64,000 nt of DNA. It comes from Phoronis australis (lineage: Eukaryota; Animalia; Phoronida). A program made the translations under genes and the position numbers. How positions within the stretch are numbered: position 1 is the stretch's first letter; each line of letters starts with the position of its first letter. The stretch covers positions 602,639 through 666,638 of the forward strand of contig NMRA01000068.1 in NCBI GenBank assembly GCA_002633005.1. Reading direction: 5' to 3'. The notes below the pieces were generated by a model. The model saw nothing but the letters and a program-made list of their open reading frames with translations, made no database searches and was not told where the DNA came from. Positions 63,777-64,000 of this stretch are shown piece by piece.

Positions 63777-63916
63777 AGGGGAGCATTGTCTGTGATGATG
63801 TAATTAGAGGTTGGATGCAGAGGGGTACATCATGATGACTGGTGTGACAGAGGGAGAGGGGAGGGAGATAAAAAGTGGCAAGTTTTGGATGACATAATAA
63901 TTATGTGAACGCTCCC
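63777..63916. mobile_element. Tourist/Harbinger-like mini MITE
   Basis: GGGAGCATT ... AACGCTCCC|TTA termini, G-rich interior. Confidence 0.4.
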
Positions 63917-64000
63917 TTATAGAATATTATTTTGTTTCACAGAACTGGATGGTAAAGTTGTTTTCAATACCTATTCATAGGCCAAAATCGGGTTTGGTAT

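Overview
Eukaryotic (animal, probably marine invertebrate) genomic DNA, AT-rich, with one 817-N assembly gap. The window is dominated by one host gene on the + strand, SDAD1 (SDA1 homologue, 60S ribosome biogenesis). I can read 18 coding exons (12326-61829) with GT-AG boundaries and consistent phases, giving 621 aa plus a stop; the first ~65 aa are not visible and probably lie upstream of the window. The introns are packed with nested transposons. These include TTAA-flanked Kolobok-type elements (one with ~160-bp TIRs, a P2X7-ballast-like KolX gene and a THAP transposase split by a LOA-type LINE), about ten co-oriented Helentron/HINE-like elements with internal tandem repeats rich in CTCF-like motifs, a Helitron carrying a ~117-bp satellite, hAT and Tc1/pogo MITEs, L2/CR1-group LINE fragments, a solo LTR, tRNA-derived SINE heads and degenerate Penelope-type hammerhead motifs. 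I found no convincing wholly new system. The most notable items are the Kolobok/KolX element with symmetric ETS-CRE motifs in its TIRs, the CTCF-like motif arrays and the inverted TE ends flanking an SDAD1 exon. Family names come from recognised motifs, not database searches.
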